NCBI GenBank assembly: GCA_964016885.1
Contig: OZ024746.1
Coordinates: 81,282,001-81,346,000 of the forward strand
Direction of reading: 5' to 3'
Length of the DNA stretch: 64,000 bases
From: Eledone cirrhosa
Taxonomy: Eukaryota
Part shown: piece by piece, positions 50,267 to 63,716 of the stretch
How positions within the stretch are numbered: position 1 is the stretch's first letter
How the letters are laid out: every line of letters begins with the position of its first letter
Notes under the pieces: model-generated
What the model was told of the DNA's origin: nothing
The model's input: the letters and a program-made list of their open reading frames with translations, nothing else
Database searches by the model: none
Program-made: the position numbers and the translations under genes

Positions 50267-51634
50267 AATGTAATGATGAGTGAGGGAAAGTAAATGTGAT
50301 GATGAGTGATGGTAAGTCAATGTGATGATGAGTGATGGTAAGTCAATGTGATGATGAGTGATGGTAAGTCAATGTGATGATGAGTGAGGGAAAGTAAATG
50401 TGATGATGAGTGATGGTAAGTCAATGTGATGATGAGTGAGGGAAAGTAAATGTGATGATGAGTGAGGGAAAGTAAATGTAATGATGAGTGAGGGAAAGTA
50501 AATGTGATGATGAGTGATGGTAAGTCAATGTGATGATGAGTGATGGTAAGTCAATGTGATGATGAGTGAGGGAAAGTAAATGTAATGATGAGTGAGGGAA
50601 AGTAAATGTGATGATGAGTGATGGTAAGTCAATGTGATGATGAGTGATGGTAAGTCAATGTGATGATGAGTGAGGGAAAGTAAATGTAATGATGAGTGAG
50701 GGAAAGTAAATGTGATGATGAGTGATGGTAAGTCAATGTGATGATGAGTGATGGTAAGTCAATGTGATGATGAGTGATGGTAAGTCAATGTGATGATGAG
50801 TGAGGGAAAGTAAATGTGATGATGAGTGATGGTAAGTCAATGTGATGATGAGTGAGGGAAAGTAAATGTGATGATGAGTGAGGGAAAGTAAATGTAATGA
50901 TGAGTGAGGGAAAGTAAATGTGATGATGAGTGATGGTAAGTCAATGTGATGATGAGTGATGGTAAGTCAATGTGATGATGAGTGAGGGAAAGTAAATGTA
51001 ATGATGAGTGAGGGAAAGTAAATGTGATGATGAGTGATGGTAAGTCAATGTGATGATGAGTGATGGTAAGTCAATGTGATGATGAGTGAGGGAAAGTAAA
51101 TGTAATGATGAGTGAGGGAAAGTAAATGTGATGATGAGTGATGGTAAGTCAATGTGATGATGAGTGATGGTAAGTCAATGTGATGATGAGTGATGGTAAG
51201 TCAATGTGATGATGAGTGAGGGAAAGTAAATGTGATGATGAGTGATGGTAAGTCAATGTGATGATGAGTGAGGGAAAGTAAATGTGATGATGAGTGAGGG
51301 AAAGTAAATGTAATGATGAGTGAGGGAAAGTAAATGTGATGATGAGTGATGGTAAGTCAATGTGATGATGAGTGATGGTAAGTCAATGTGATGATGAGTG
51401 AGGGAAAGTAAATGTAATGATGAGTGAGGGAAAGTAAATGTGATGATGAGTGATGGTAAGTCAATGTGATGATGAGTGATGGTAAGTCAATGTGATGATG
51501 AGTGAGGGAAAGTAAATGTAATGATGAGTGAGGGAAAGTAAATGTGATGATGAGTGATGGTAAGTCAATGTGATGATGAGTGATGGTAAGTCAATGTGAT
51601 GATGAGTGATGGTAAGTCAATGTGATGATGAGTG
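50267..51634. repeat. 26-bp minisatellite, 52 full units plus a partial unit, with a 416-bp higher-order repeat
   Basis: Units A=AATGTGATGATGAGTGATGGTAAGTC, B=AATGTGATGATGAGTGAGGGAAAGTA, C=AATGTAATGATGAGTGAGGGAAAGTA. Order read by eye is (CAAABABBCAABCAAB)x3 + CAAA. Confidence 0.97.
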
Positions 51635-51669
51635 TGAGAGGCAAGTGAATAGGAAAGTGTAGGAATATC

Positions 51670-51905
51670 ACCATCTGCATGGAGTTGGCTACCCACAGGT
51701 GTGAGCCTCGCGAACTGTAATGGTTCTTGCAGCACCATCCTCTAGGGAAACAGCTTCTCTATTCTGTCCACCGGGACTACAGGGTGGCCAGTCTGCCGAG
51801 GATGCAGGATGGCCAGCACGTGGGCCCCTGTTTGCTCATAATAGTGAGAGATGGTGGAGAGCGTGAGAGACAGAGGCAGTGACATTAGGAGTTTGGTTCG
51901 GACCT
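51670..51905 (-). repeat. GC-rich TE-like fragment homologous to 27930-28070
   Basis: See 27930-28070. Both copies read VVPVDRIEK(I/L) in one frame. Confidence 0.6.
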
Positions 51906-54379
51906 GGTGTATATGTATATATTTCACAGACACACACTCACACTGAGCCAGAATGAAATTTATACAAATAAAAAATAGTGTGAATGGTTGTATGTGAGAG
52001 TTAAGTGGTTGTGAGTGATGGTAAATGGATTTGGTGAGTAGGGAAGATGAAATGATTGGTTGTATGTGGGGATAAGATTATTGGGTAACTGTTGTGTGAG
52101 AGAGAGAGTGATTGGGGGATTACATTCATCATCATTTTTGCATCCATTTTTCCACACTAGCATAGGTTGTATGGGGCTTTTTGAGACAGTATTAGATGGC
52201 CAAAGCCCTTCCTGATGTCAATCCTTTTAGTCCTTTTATACAGCAAGCAGAGATGCTGTACAACTATTCTAAACCAGTATATACAGTTTTATATATTTTC
52301 CAACTGATATCCGATAGTATCAGTCCCCAGTATCAAGAACATTTTAATTATTGCATCAATCCTACACAAAACAACTTGTATAAAGTAATAATAAAATTAA
52401 AATGTGACCTGCATTTTTTCCCCCTGCAAATGTTACTCTATAAAATTTATCAGAAGCTTTGAAAGTAAAAATAAAGCTAAAATAGAGAGGAACATCTAAG
52501 GGTATATTTCAACTTTCCCATTTACATTTCATATTTCATCACATTTCAGAGATTTAAAAAAAGATTAAAAAGACTAGTTTCAACTGATCTTCAGACCCAA
52601 CATTTTTCATTTGATATCATAAATTTCAGCATTGAATAAATAAATGAAAATAAAATCACATGGTTCTGAGATTGGAAGATTTTATCCAAACAATCAGGAA
52701 TCTGAAGAAAATATTGATATCTAATGGGTAATTTTTTTCAGATAAAAAGACAATATACAAAATGAAATTGTAAATTTTCATAACAAAATTCAATGAAATA
52801 ATCTCCAGAAGTAAGCAAAATTACTTTGAAAAAGGAAAATTGTCAGATATAAAACCATAATTAAATCCTTACATTTAAAATAATATTCAAAACAATAACA
52901 AAATGTATATCACATAATCTTGATAATTCCATTTTTTTTTTTATCAAAAATTTTTATAGATGACAAGAAACAAAAGAAAACCAAAGAAATAAAAAGTGGT
53001 GGGCAATAAACAACTACATAAAATGACAAAAGATGTAAAAAGAGGATAAATTAATGGATATAGATCAATGTCATCATACAACACAACACTTTAGATAATA
53101 TTTGTTAATAACGCCATCCAGTGTACAACAGCTTTACAAGCAAAGAAATAGCAGAGATGTTGGGACAGAAAGCAGAAATCTAATAGATCTTATCCTCTCC
53201 ACTACACAAGGAAGATGAGGACAGGGAGGGCATTGAGGGAATGGAGGTTAGAAAGCAACTGTAAGTTCTTTTTATCCCTGTTCTATTACAACAGTAAACA
53301 GTAAACAACATCAACAACAATAACTACAAGAACAGCACAGTACAACAAATAACTCAAATTACAGTAAATAAAAAAATAAAAAAAGATTCTATATTCAGAA
53401 ATCAACTTTATATATATAACCATTAATTGAACACATACATATTATTTGGATGTATGTGCATGTTGGATATGTGTATGAAAGACATAAAACGAGAGAGAGT
53501 AAATGGAATATGTACATAGAAAAGATACATATAAATATATGTATATTATACATACATACACACGAATATACTTTCCAAAGCATACCAATATAAAATAGAT
53601 ACCATATACAAATGTCTGAGATTGCAATGTATGTATGTGTGTATGTGTGTAGTTTTACAGTTGTAAATTTTTTATACAAACAGCTAAAATCAGCTAGTTA
53701 GTTACAGCATTTGAATAACTAAATGGAAGTAAAAAAAAAAAAAATAATATAACCAAGTTCATTCAGTTCTTATTTGCAGATACAAAATAAAAATATGGGA
53801 GCCGTTGGAGTTTCAATCTAAATTGAGTTTATAATTTTTTTCCTCACCTTTTTGGCTTAATTAAAAGCATTATACATTGCCTTAAAATTGATGCTAGTAG
53901 GCCTGATGGGAAAAAAAAGTGATTTCCTCTTATAAAAATATTTTTTAGGAGAACTTCTGGATCAAGAGAAAAAGAGACAGAGTGATAGTGGGTGGAAACA
54001 TAATTGAAAGTAATTCTGAAGGGAAAATGTCAATGAGAATAAAGAGGTGGTGGTGGTGGATGAACAGGCAGAAGTTGGTAACTATCATAAATGTGTGCTG
54101 CTGGTGGCTCATTTCATAAAAAAAAAAGTAACAAACACTTTAAGAGACTCCATGGAGTAACCAATCAACTGAAATAAACCAAGACCCAAAATATCCTTTA
54201 ATCTATCTAGCAAATAGCATACTACTACTACTACTATTACTACTACTACTACATTTTAAGAAGGCTAATGGTATAACAGGATGGAGCAGGGAGTTATAGT
54301 AATAATTATAAAACATCTAAATATATAAAATGAAAATAACAAAAAAAAATAAAGTTAAAAGAAAATAAATAGTAACAAT

Positions 54380-54710
54380 AATTTCTAACACAGGCACAAG
54401 GCTTCAAATTTTAAGAAGGGGTACAATTGATTACATAAGCCCTAGTACTTGACTGGTTTCTATTTTATCACCCCACCACCACCATAATAATAATAATTGC
54501 TTCTACTTTTGGCACAAGGCCAACAATTTTAAGGGAGGGGAAAGTCAAATCGACCCCAGTGTGTTACTGGTACTTTATCTTATTGACCCCGTTAGGATGA
54601 AAGGTAAAGCTACCCTCAGCAGGATTCGAACTTAGAATGTAAAGGACTGTAACAACAGGCCATAAAGCATGTTATCTGGTCCTCTACCAATGCCGCCATT
54701 CCACCAACCT
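54380..54710 (-). mobile_element. Family M-related SINEs (one partial, one near full length)
   Basis: ttctacttttggcacaaggcc...gaccccgttaggatgaaaggtaaagc...ggattcgaactt...ccattccacc. Confidence 0.85.
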
Positions 54711-57700
54711 ATTGATAATGAGAATAATGAAGATGGTCTTTTATTTTTTTTACCATAAGGGTGAGAGATTCATGGATATTAGAGGGACATGTTACAAAAA
54801 GTGTTGGGGATTTACACAGAAATCTGATGAATAAAAACAAAAGATGATATATTTGGTATAAACATTGTGATAGAATGCTCAGAGAGGGTAACCACTATCT
54901 AGGATTACTTTAATTACCATAGGTAAAAATAGCCTCTACCATCTGTAATTCTTTGGCTTACAGGCTATGCTTGCTGCTCTAACCCACCCTTTTTAACAAG
55001 TTTACTAGAGTGCAGTATAAAATTAAGACTCAAACGTTTCTAAATTAAAGAATAGTGTCTTCCATAACCTTGTAGTTTAAATTGGTGACTTCTAGAAAGG
55101 AGGGAAGGGAGAAAATGGCTTTTTTTTACTTTAACAGAAGGTGGCAGGTGTTGAATGGGAAGAAATTATACCATAAAACTAAGAAATATTAATAATAAAT
55201 TCTCAATTAGGCATGAAGCCTTAGGCAAGTAGAGATAAGTGTCTTGCTCAAAGAGAAATTGCAACACCTGCAGTGAAATCTGAACACCAACAAGAACAAT
55301 ACGGTAAGAGTATTCTGGTAATTAGTGCCAAGGTTTCTAATATTTCCTCACAACAATTCAAGAATTGCTGCCAAAGTCTATATCTGTTCCACTGATGGTT
55401 GAACTAGCTGCCATAGTAAATAACATCAGTGAAAGAACTGTTTTATTGGATAGGGCAGAGATAAAAAGGAAAAGGCAAATAGAATCACTTTTTGACATGG
55501 CAACAATAAGCTGAAAGCAGTCTGAATTATCAGTTATAAATAGAACTTGCATTATTTTAATTTAACAATCAAATTTAAAATTCTGTAATAATAATAATAA
55601 TTATTATTATTTTTATTATTACCAAGGTCTGTTAAAACTTGCATTAATATGTATGTCAGGGTCAATAGTAGACTGACAGACAGAGTGAGTAATAAAGAGA
55701 CAATTCAGGCTATCGATATTCAATATAATGACAAGTACTGCAAATTAAGGAGGCGGCTTCCACCAAGCTGAATTATGCAAGCTGTTTTTCATTTTTGCTT
55801 GCAGACATTTTCATATCAATCCCATCAATAATGCTCTTAGGAAATGCATCAACATCACAGCTTTACATTTGCATTCTCTCAAAATATAAGGCTCTTGTAC
55901 CAGGTCAAAAGAAACAGTTATTCATTACGCACTATCTTTATTGAAGCCAATTCGCTACATATTAATCTAATGCCTTCAAGAAAAGGCATAATTGTCCTAC
56001 AATCTCACATAACCTCCCCAATAATCTTGTAGAACATTGCCAGTATAGGATATCAATAATTTTATGTAACTTGCATCAGTGGTATATATTTAAATGCCAG
56101 TACCCTTAAATGTGTTTTAATGCCCACCTACATCACCTATATCACTGACACTTTTGAGAAAGGTATGAATGCCTCAAAATCTTTGTGCTTGCTTCAAAAA
56201 TCCAATATCTAACCTCTCACATAACGAGAAGAGAGAAATGATGGGTGAGAGTGTGTATTTTTAACTCAGTATTGTCCACTGTAAGTAGGGCGCAGCTCAT
56301 ATACCATGAGTTTAAAAAAGTTTAATGATATTTTTCAGCAAGGCACTAATCCTTACTTGGCTGTAATCAAGTTTATATCAGTATAGTATGACTACCTAGG
56401 ATTTAAAAAAAAATTATTATTTCAAAACTATGGTGTTCAAGTAGAGATAATACCTTGGTGTCCAGTAGTAGCATCAATAGGGAAGGACAGGTACACTGGT
56501 TCTCACCAAACTCTTATTTCCAGCTCTAGGACATTTTTCATCCACACCTCAGTAACTCCTTTTGCTGGTAGGACAAAGTGAGGGACTGAGCCCTTGCAGA
56601 GGAGATGGATATTGCCAAACCTTTTTAAGGCCCATTGAAATGCCAAGCATCTATAGTGCTACACCAGTTATGGGAACTTGATTGATTGATTTGTTTGAGA
56701 ATATGTTTGTGGTTTATCAACTTCATTCTAACAAAGAAAATTATTCTATTGGCTAGGCAAATGAGGATCTCCGTAACCTAGGTTAGCGCCAAAGAGATAT
56801 ATACACTGAGCCAGGAAAACAGAAATGTATGTATGTGTATGAATGTGTAAAAGAGTGTGTTTATATATATAATCAGTTATTAAAATTAGCCAATTGTTAA
56901 AGAAATACACAACACTATTTTGTTGGCCCTGGCAGCAATAAACTCCTAAAGATAAACAACTAAAAAGAACAAAACTACAAAAATCTTTCACTGCTTTGTG
57001 GAGAAAAACAAAAACCTCGACAGATTAATTTCTTAAAGATTTAAATATATTTTGATTTTAATTCCACTCTTCAGATTTTCAAATTAAACTACATATTGCA
57101 ATTATTTGAAAATCCAAACCAGCAATTTCACCTCATATTGTTTTACTGGTTGCTATGGCAGTAGGCTTTGGCGAAATTGGAGCACTTGGAATAGAAAGAA
57201 AATTGTAGCACTATATAACATAAAAAAAATATATGTATCCTTATCAAAAGCCTGGCCAAGTGGTTAAGAAGTTTGTTTTGCAATCATGAGGTCCTGAGTT
57301 TGATCCCACAGCATAGCATCTTGAGCCAGTGTGTTTACTATAGTATTGGATCAACCTACCTTGTTAGTGAAGTTGGGTAGGCAGAAATTGTGTGGAAGTC
57401 TGTCAAAGGACAAATCTCATCACATACAGTGCTATGCTGATTCTGCCTGAGAATGACGTTAAGGTTACAAGTTTCTCAGAAATACCTAATCACTTACATG
57501 ATTCACAAAATAATGCACAGGTAATTGAACAACTGAATGCACATCACATGAAACTGGTAGAGGATCCATCTTCGAAGTTAAAATAAAGCTTAAAACAGGA
57601 AATAATACAACTAATAATATTTTGGGTAATATAAGTCTAAAGCCAAAAACAATTAAGTCACAAAGCTAATTGCACATGGCAGATTTAAAATATGTTGGAC

Positions 57701-57834
57701 CATAGAAGAGGTCCAAACTGTATATGTGTCTTTGATGCTACATACTTATATATATAATATTAAAGACTTCAAATATAGTATAGAAGACATTACTGAAGAG
57801 TAATTGATGATAATAATTCTAATAATTTACTGAT

Positions 57835-58206
57835 TCATCATCATCATTTTACGTCCGCTTCTTCCCTGCTTGCAAGGGTGGGACGGGAACTGATTCTGGC
57901 TTGATTTCTACTGCTGGATGCCCTTCCTAACACCAACCTCATTTACAGTGAGTGCTGGGTGCTTTTTTTCTGTGGCACCTACTCGTCCACTATACAGTGT
58001 GGGCTGGGTGCTTTTTTGCTGTGGCACCTCCACAACCACTTTTCAGTGGAATGATAGGGACTCCAGTCCTATCATCTCATTTCTACAGCTGAGTAAACTG
58101 GAGCAATGTGAAATAAAGTGTCTTGCTCAAGGAAACAACACATCACCCGGTCTGAGAATTGAACTCACAACCTTTCGATTGCAAGGCCAATGCCCTAACC
58201 ACTAAG
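57835..58206 (-). mobile_element. Family T SINE lacking only the extreme 5' end
   Basis: Close reverse complement of 44080-44455. Track ORF 57918..58205 parallels 15293..15532 and 44097..44480. Confidence 0.92.
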
Positions 58207-61200
58207 ACTTCAATTTTTATTGATCTATTTAAAGAACACGAGTAGATCACATTAGATATCTTCTGAACCTTTTCAATACTGCAATAAAAAATATGGTCAT
58301 GAATTTAGAAAAAACCTAATTGTAAGTTACTCAACAATCTTGTGTATGTGAATGTGTGTATGTATGTGAGTGTGCTAGAGACTGTGTATGTGTGTGCTGT
58401 TACTGTCTTTAAGAGAAATGTTGTGAAATAGTGACAAAGAGGTATTAAATTCTGTTTGTCATACAAGCTATGAGACAAGTGTTCAGCTATCTGTATTGCT
58501 CTCTATTATGATTTGGCTGAAAAATCAGTCATCATAGAATGCCGCTCCCATCACCACCATCATTATAATCATTAAACAATTGCTCCCAGCTCAAGTATCA
58601 ATGGCAGTACCGCATTCATTTCCTGACGGTGATTAGAGATCACACCAGGCAAAATTGTATATAATACAATAAAAAAGTTAAGGATTAATTTCTCTCTTCT
58701 CTCAAATATATTATGTTACACTGACCAATTTATTCTATTACACAGCACTGTGTGAACATTGTACAAATGTATAATATCTCTAACAGAATCTAAGGAGAAG
58801 ATTTAGAGACTTCTTAAATATAAAGTTTTCACAATATAAAGTTATATGATTTATATAATGTTGAAACCTATTCTAATATTACTTTTTATGAGTACATTCA
58901 CACACAGGTCAGAAAATGAGAATAGATACGTTTTTAGTAACTTAACTGAAAGTTTATAAGCCTCATAGTTGTTACTATTTCGGGAGAAAATGCTCTTAGT
59001 TTATTGTCTTGATAGAAATCCCCAAATAGTGACACCCACAAATTAGGCAAGGTGTAAATTTTCACTGCAATCAATGAGTAGCATATTAAGCGTAATGAAA
59101 CAAGATATACTGAATATTATAAGGTAAGCTTCAACACTGATTCACAAAATAAATACTATATATTTAGATGATAATATACTAAGTTTATATGGTGTATAGA
59201 AAATACAAATAAACAGGAATGTTGTATAAGTGTATTTGTAATTCAGAGTGGTAGATTTAATCTGTTGCCTAGTTTAACACTATCACCTGGCACTTCTGTG
59301 CCTTTAGAGGAATCCACTCCATTCTAAGCATTTGAATTAATCTCTAGTCTGAAGATAAAGATTTTCCACTCTTCCTCTCATGCTAACAGTTTTGGAGGAT
59401 CTGCACAAAGGTCATACACACTGTTCTTCATCTTCTAACTGGACTGTCATACTTCTCCCCCCCCACCGAAATAATCCACCCCCGACTATGTCCATATCAA
59501 ATGTTTGCTATCAAGGCTGGTGTATAATACACTGAAACATTAACAATTGTTGTTTTCATTAAAAAATATACTCAGGGCTTAAATATTCAAATAAAAAATA
59601 CCATATAGTTCTAGAATGTTGGTAGAACTGAATGTTGGCGTATTTAACAGGGAACAAAACAAAAAGCATTTGTTAATAAACTATAACCAGTAGCAGTTTA
59701 TATTAATTATGACAGAGTTTATAGTAATGAAACTGCTGTAGTATTGAGGTATGAAAAAATGACTGAAAACAATTGGCAGAATAAATAAATATCACAGATA
59801 TAATTCAAATTAGATCTCTATTAAAATCACACCTAATAATATATTAATAACAAAAGAATATTTATATTTATCCACAAACAACATCCATGCATATAACCAA
59901 TAACAACATCAAAATAGGGCACCTATAAAATGAAACTGACATATCAAGTTTATATATGAAAGCTAAAAGAAATCTGGTTGGATAAAAATAACCCATCTAT
60001 ACAGAAGAATATGAAGTTGTAGATAGATATATAGCTAAATCTTTTAAGATTATCATGATGCATTTATGCCAGACAACTTCTTTCCAGAATCCAGTAGAAG
60101 AAATATCTTCTATAAAAAAAAAAGTGAAATACAATTACAATGAGGTTCTCTGCTTAAAACCTTTCAACTATGACAAAAGCATCCTACAATGTTTTAATGG
60201 AGAGTTGCTAAGAGACCACATAAATGTCCAAGAAATGATACTTGATGTTTATCTGGGTATATGATTATTACTATAAGCTATGGAATGACAATGTGACAAC
60301 ACAAAATGTTACAGGCACAACAACATTAGCATCCTTCTTAGGTGCATACAAAACAACAACAACAAACAACAACAACATGGAATGGCCTCCCCATGTAGTA
60401 TTGTAGCCATGAGATATGGACAGGGTGGGGTCCAGGGCTGGGGAGAGACAATCACAGCTTGAGTGAGCTACTTTAAACTCATACTTAGGTGGAATCTGTA
60501 GTTCCCTGTTTTGTCTGTCTGTATCTGTTTCTCTGCTTCTGAAATACAAAGAGTCATAGTAAGTTGTCTTATAATCAACTAGAAAGATGTCCTTCAAATA
60601 CACACACAGATAAAATACGATGAAGAACAAGAAAAAAAAATCAATAAACAGATAGAACATTTAAAATATCTGGGCGAAGCAGAATAAAAAGAAAAGCTAA
60701 TCTGATGCAGAAACTGGCTGGGAATAACTACAAAAAATTAACTTTCCTGTAAGAAAAGCAACAACATCAACTCGAATAATGAGAAAACTTTCTGGGGGAA
60801 AAAAAAGCAAAGAACAGACTATCAGATAAGACTTTTGAGATAAAGGAAGTGAAAAGTCTACTTGACAAGATTTCCAGGTAATAAAACACTAATGCCTGTT
60901 GTTCCAGAACTTTGGTTACACAAGAAATTATGCAACAATATTAGAATATTGGAAACAGGATTTTTCTCTTCATTCAGCATTTTTATATTTGTTAATACTA
61001 ACCACACCCTAGATAACTCATTGACTGTGATGTCACTTTAGTGTGTTTTTGTGCATGAATGTGTGTGTGTGTGTGTGTAATAAGAATTTAGCATATCAAA
61101 TCTCCAGCCTCAGAGGCCTTTGAAGAAATGATAAAACAAAATCTTTGCTGCCAAAATTTGCCAGTCTTTATAAATACATGCTGTTATAACTAATTGTCTT

Positions 61201-62934
61201 TCTATTTTTTTCCTTCTTGCTTTCCAAAGATTTGGTTGTAAGTATGAAGGTGGCTAAATGGTGAGTGGAGCAGTGGAGACTGAGGCTCTCAACCACATAC
61301 CACAAAAGATTATCAGTTTTAGACTGAGCCACAGATTTTGTGTTGTGATCATAGGTAAATTTATTTACTTTTTACATTCTTCAGGCTTTGTTGAAAATAA
61401 GTATTTCACACATGAGTGTTTACTAATAGAAAAACTTACTTGCTCCAAAAATGTGTGCAAATATTAAAGCTTTTAGAACCATCAAATCCATGCTAAAATG
61501 GAAAGACAAAATTTAATTGCAACTATGTGCATGCATGCTGCTCACGTATACACATGCCAAACTAAAGATGTTCATATAAACAACATAGTCAAAAAGCCAT
61601 CAGGCAGCTATATTAAAAAAACAAAGATTTGATGTTATTTGATGATTTATTTCAATTATATATTTCTGTTGTATTCTAACACTGGAGTGAAGATGACACA
61701 CTCTCTGGCTAAACTTAGTGAGGGATTGAATACTCGAAGAAGAGATGGGCACCACCAAACCCACTGAAATGCCATGTTAGACACAGCGTCAAACATCTAG
61801 AGTGATGTCCCAAAACCAAGCTGCAACAATTCTGGGAACTTGATATATTATTATATATATGGAGCATACAGTTGAGACTTGATCCTCTTGACTGATCCAG
61901 GAGGGCTATAACTCTGAATAAGATCTGACTTGGACTGTAACAACCCAACTAAACAATGCTAGCATGGAAAGCAGACATATGATGATACCATGATTAAGTA
62001 ACAAGATATAGTCACACCATGGTCATAAAAAAGTACAAGTATCACACCACCATTACATAAGTGCAGATGTTATATCAGTGATATATCAGTAGATATAAAT
62101 CTGTGTTTTGGTTATGTAATAGTAGATATAATATTACAATAGTAACATAGTAATTTGCATTTCATGAGACTATTAATCTCAGCTGTTGTGTTTTCAAATT
62201 GATTTATTCTTTAGCTCCAGTGCTGTTAAACCAGTTCAACCATTGCTCAAGGCTATGTGTGTAAGTAACATTGTGATGCTTGAATATCAAAGTATGACAG
62301 AATATACAAATTGAAACAAAAGCAAAAAATAAAGATGATGCTAGTTAGGCAAATATACACATCTCTAGTAATAAGAAGTTTATTAGATGTAATTATAGTT
62401 CCAGACAATCTGCTGCACTATTAATTATTGAATAACTGGAGTGGGATTTACAAGGTAAATAAAACTAATAACTAATACCTTAAATTCTGTTCTAACCATT
62501 TCCACAAAGAGGGATAAATGATCCTTAGTATTGAAGCAAGGCATTTCCATATGAATGAGGAATAAAAAGTTAATTTAAACACGAAATGTGAGGAAACACT
62601 TATTTCAAACTAAAACTGATAACTTTAATTAGTGGATGGAAGAATCAAAATAAAGCTGCATCAGATAGAGTACTTATAATTACTGTTTGGATATGACTAA
62701 TTAAAATGTTCCAGGAATACTTGATGTTTTTACATTGACTTTATTCTCTCTAGCCACAGTTGTTCACAGAAGAAATACTTTTGTAAACTTTGAATTATAT
62801 TCAATTCAACAGAATATTAATTAAAGTTTAAACTGCCTAATGCCAATTGACTCATGGCAACCGTTCTAATTAGTGAATTACCTTGGGATTTATTCTGCAC
62901 TATGCAACACAATAAATAAAAGTCTGTCTGTTAA

Positions 62935-63178
62935 CTTGACCCTTTTGATACCAAACTGCATGAAACTACCCCTGGTACTATAACACAAAGCTGTAAAGTG
63001 TTAAATTGCCTAAAAACCTTCCATTATGATTTATGTAAGAATCTTTATGTTCGAAACTCCTGCTTCATTATAAGAAAGTTAGTTATATTATTAAATCTCT
63101 CTTAATTCTTGATGATTTTCAAAATTATTTGAAGAGCATAGTCTATCTCCTTAGAAATATGGTAATAAAAGGATTAAA
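62935..63178 (-). mobile_element. piggyBac-like MITE family 2
   Basis: ttgaCCCTTTTGATACCAA...taataaaaGGATTAA; inverted relative to 39065-39306. Confidence 0.7.
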
Positions 63179-63427
63179 TTACCATCACAGTAAACTGCTT
63201 CTAAGCTCCTGGAAAGTCATATATGCAATGTAGTTTCAGTTCCCATTTGAGTTACATATCTTAGTTCCTTCCGCATACCTTTTTCTTTGATTAAGACAAC
63301 TGATGCTTCTCACTCACAAGTGTTCAGCATTGCAAGATGAGTTTTTGTTGATAGATTTTCAATATCATTAACAAATGAAATTTACACACATACAGATAGA
63401 TAGATAGATAGATGGATAGATAGTTAA

Positions 63428-63716
63428 ATTTCTTTATTAGCCACAAGGGCACAAATACAAATGGGGAGTTTACATACAGGTATATGAAAATAAAACTATT
63501 AATAAAATAACAAATAACAATTGAAATCCCCAATAGGGAGGAGGCGTTACACAGGGGTTGTACACACCCCGAAAAAATGTACAACCCTCATCTCCAGGAG
63601 CACCAAGAGTGAGTACTCCCTTCCTCTCTTTCCTCAATCTACAGGCTTATATAGAGAGAAGGCTCAACCACTCGGGACATCTTTGCCACATTCACCCACC
63701 TTTTATAAAATTTGCT
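63428..63716 (-). mobile_element. 3' end of an L1/Tx1-like LINE within a (GATA)n tract
   Basis: The minus strand ends an ORF as SKFYKRWVNVAKMSRVVEPSLYISL* (FxxRW-type ORF2 end), followed by a UTR and aataaagaaa. (GATA)n lies on both sides. Confidence 0.6.

Noticed and set aside
50267-51634. CRISPR-like appearance of the regular array
   Set aside because: There are no unique spacers, only three recurring 26-bp variants, and no cas genes; the context is a eukaryotic intron.
33000-63000. Scattered TEAD (GGAATG/CATTCC) and AP-1 motifs suggesting autoregulation
   Set aside because: Isolated 6-7-mers are expected by chance at this length, several lie in SINEs, and I saw no clustering.
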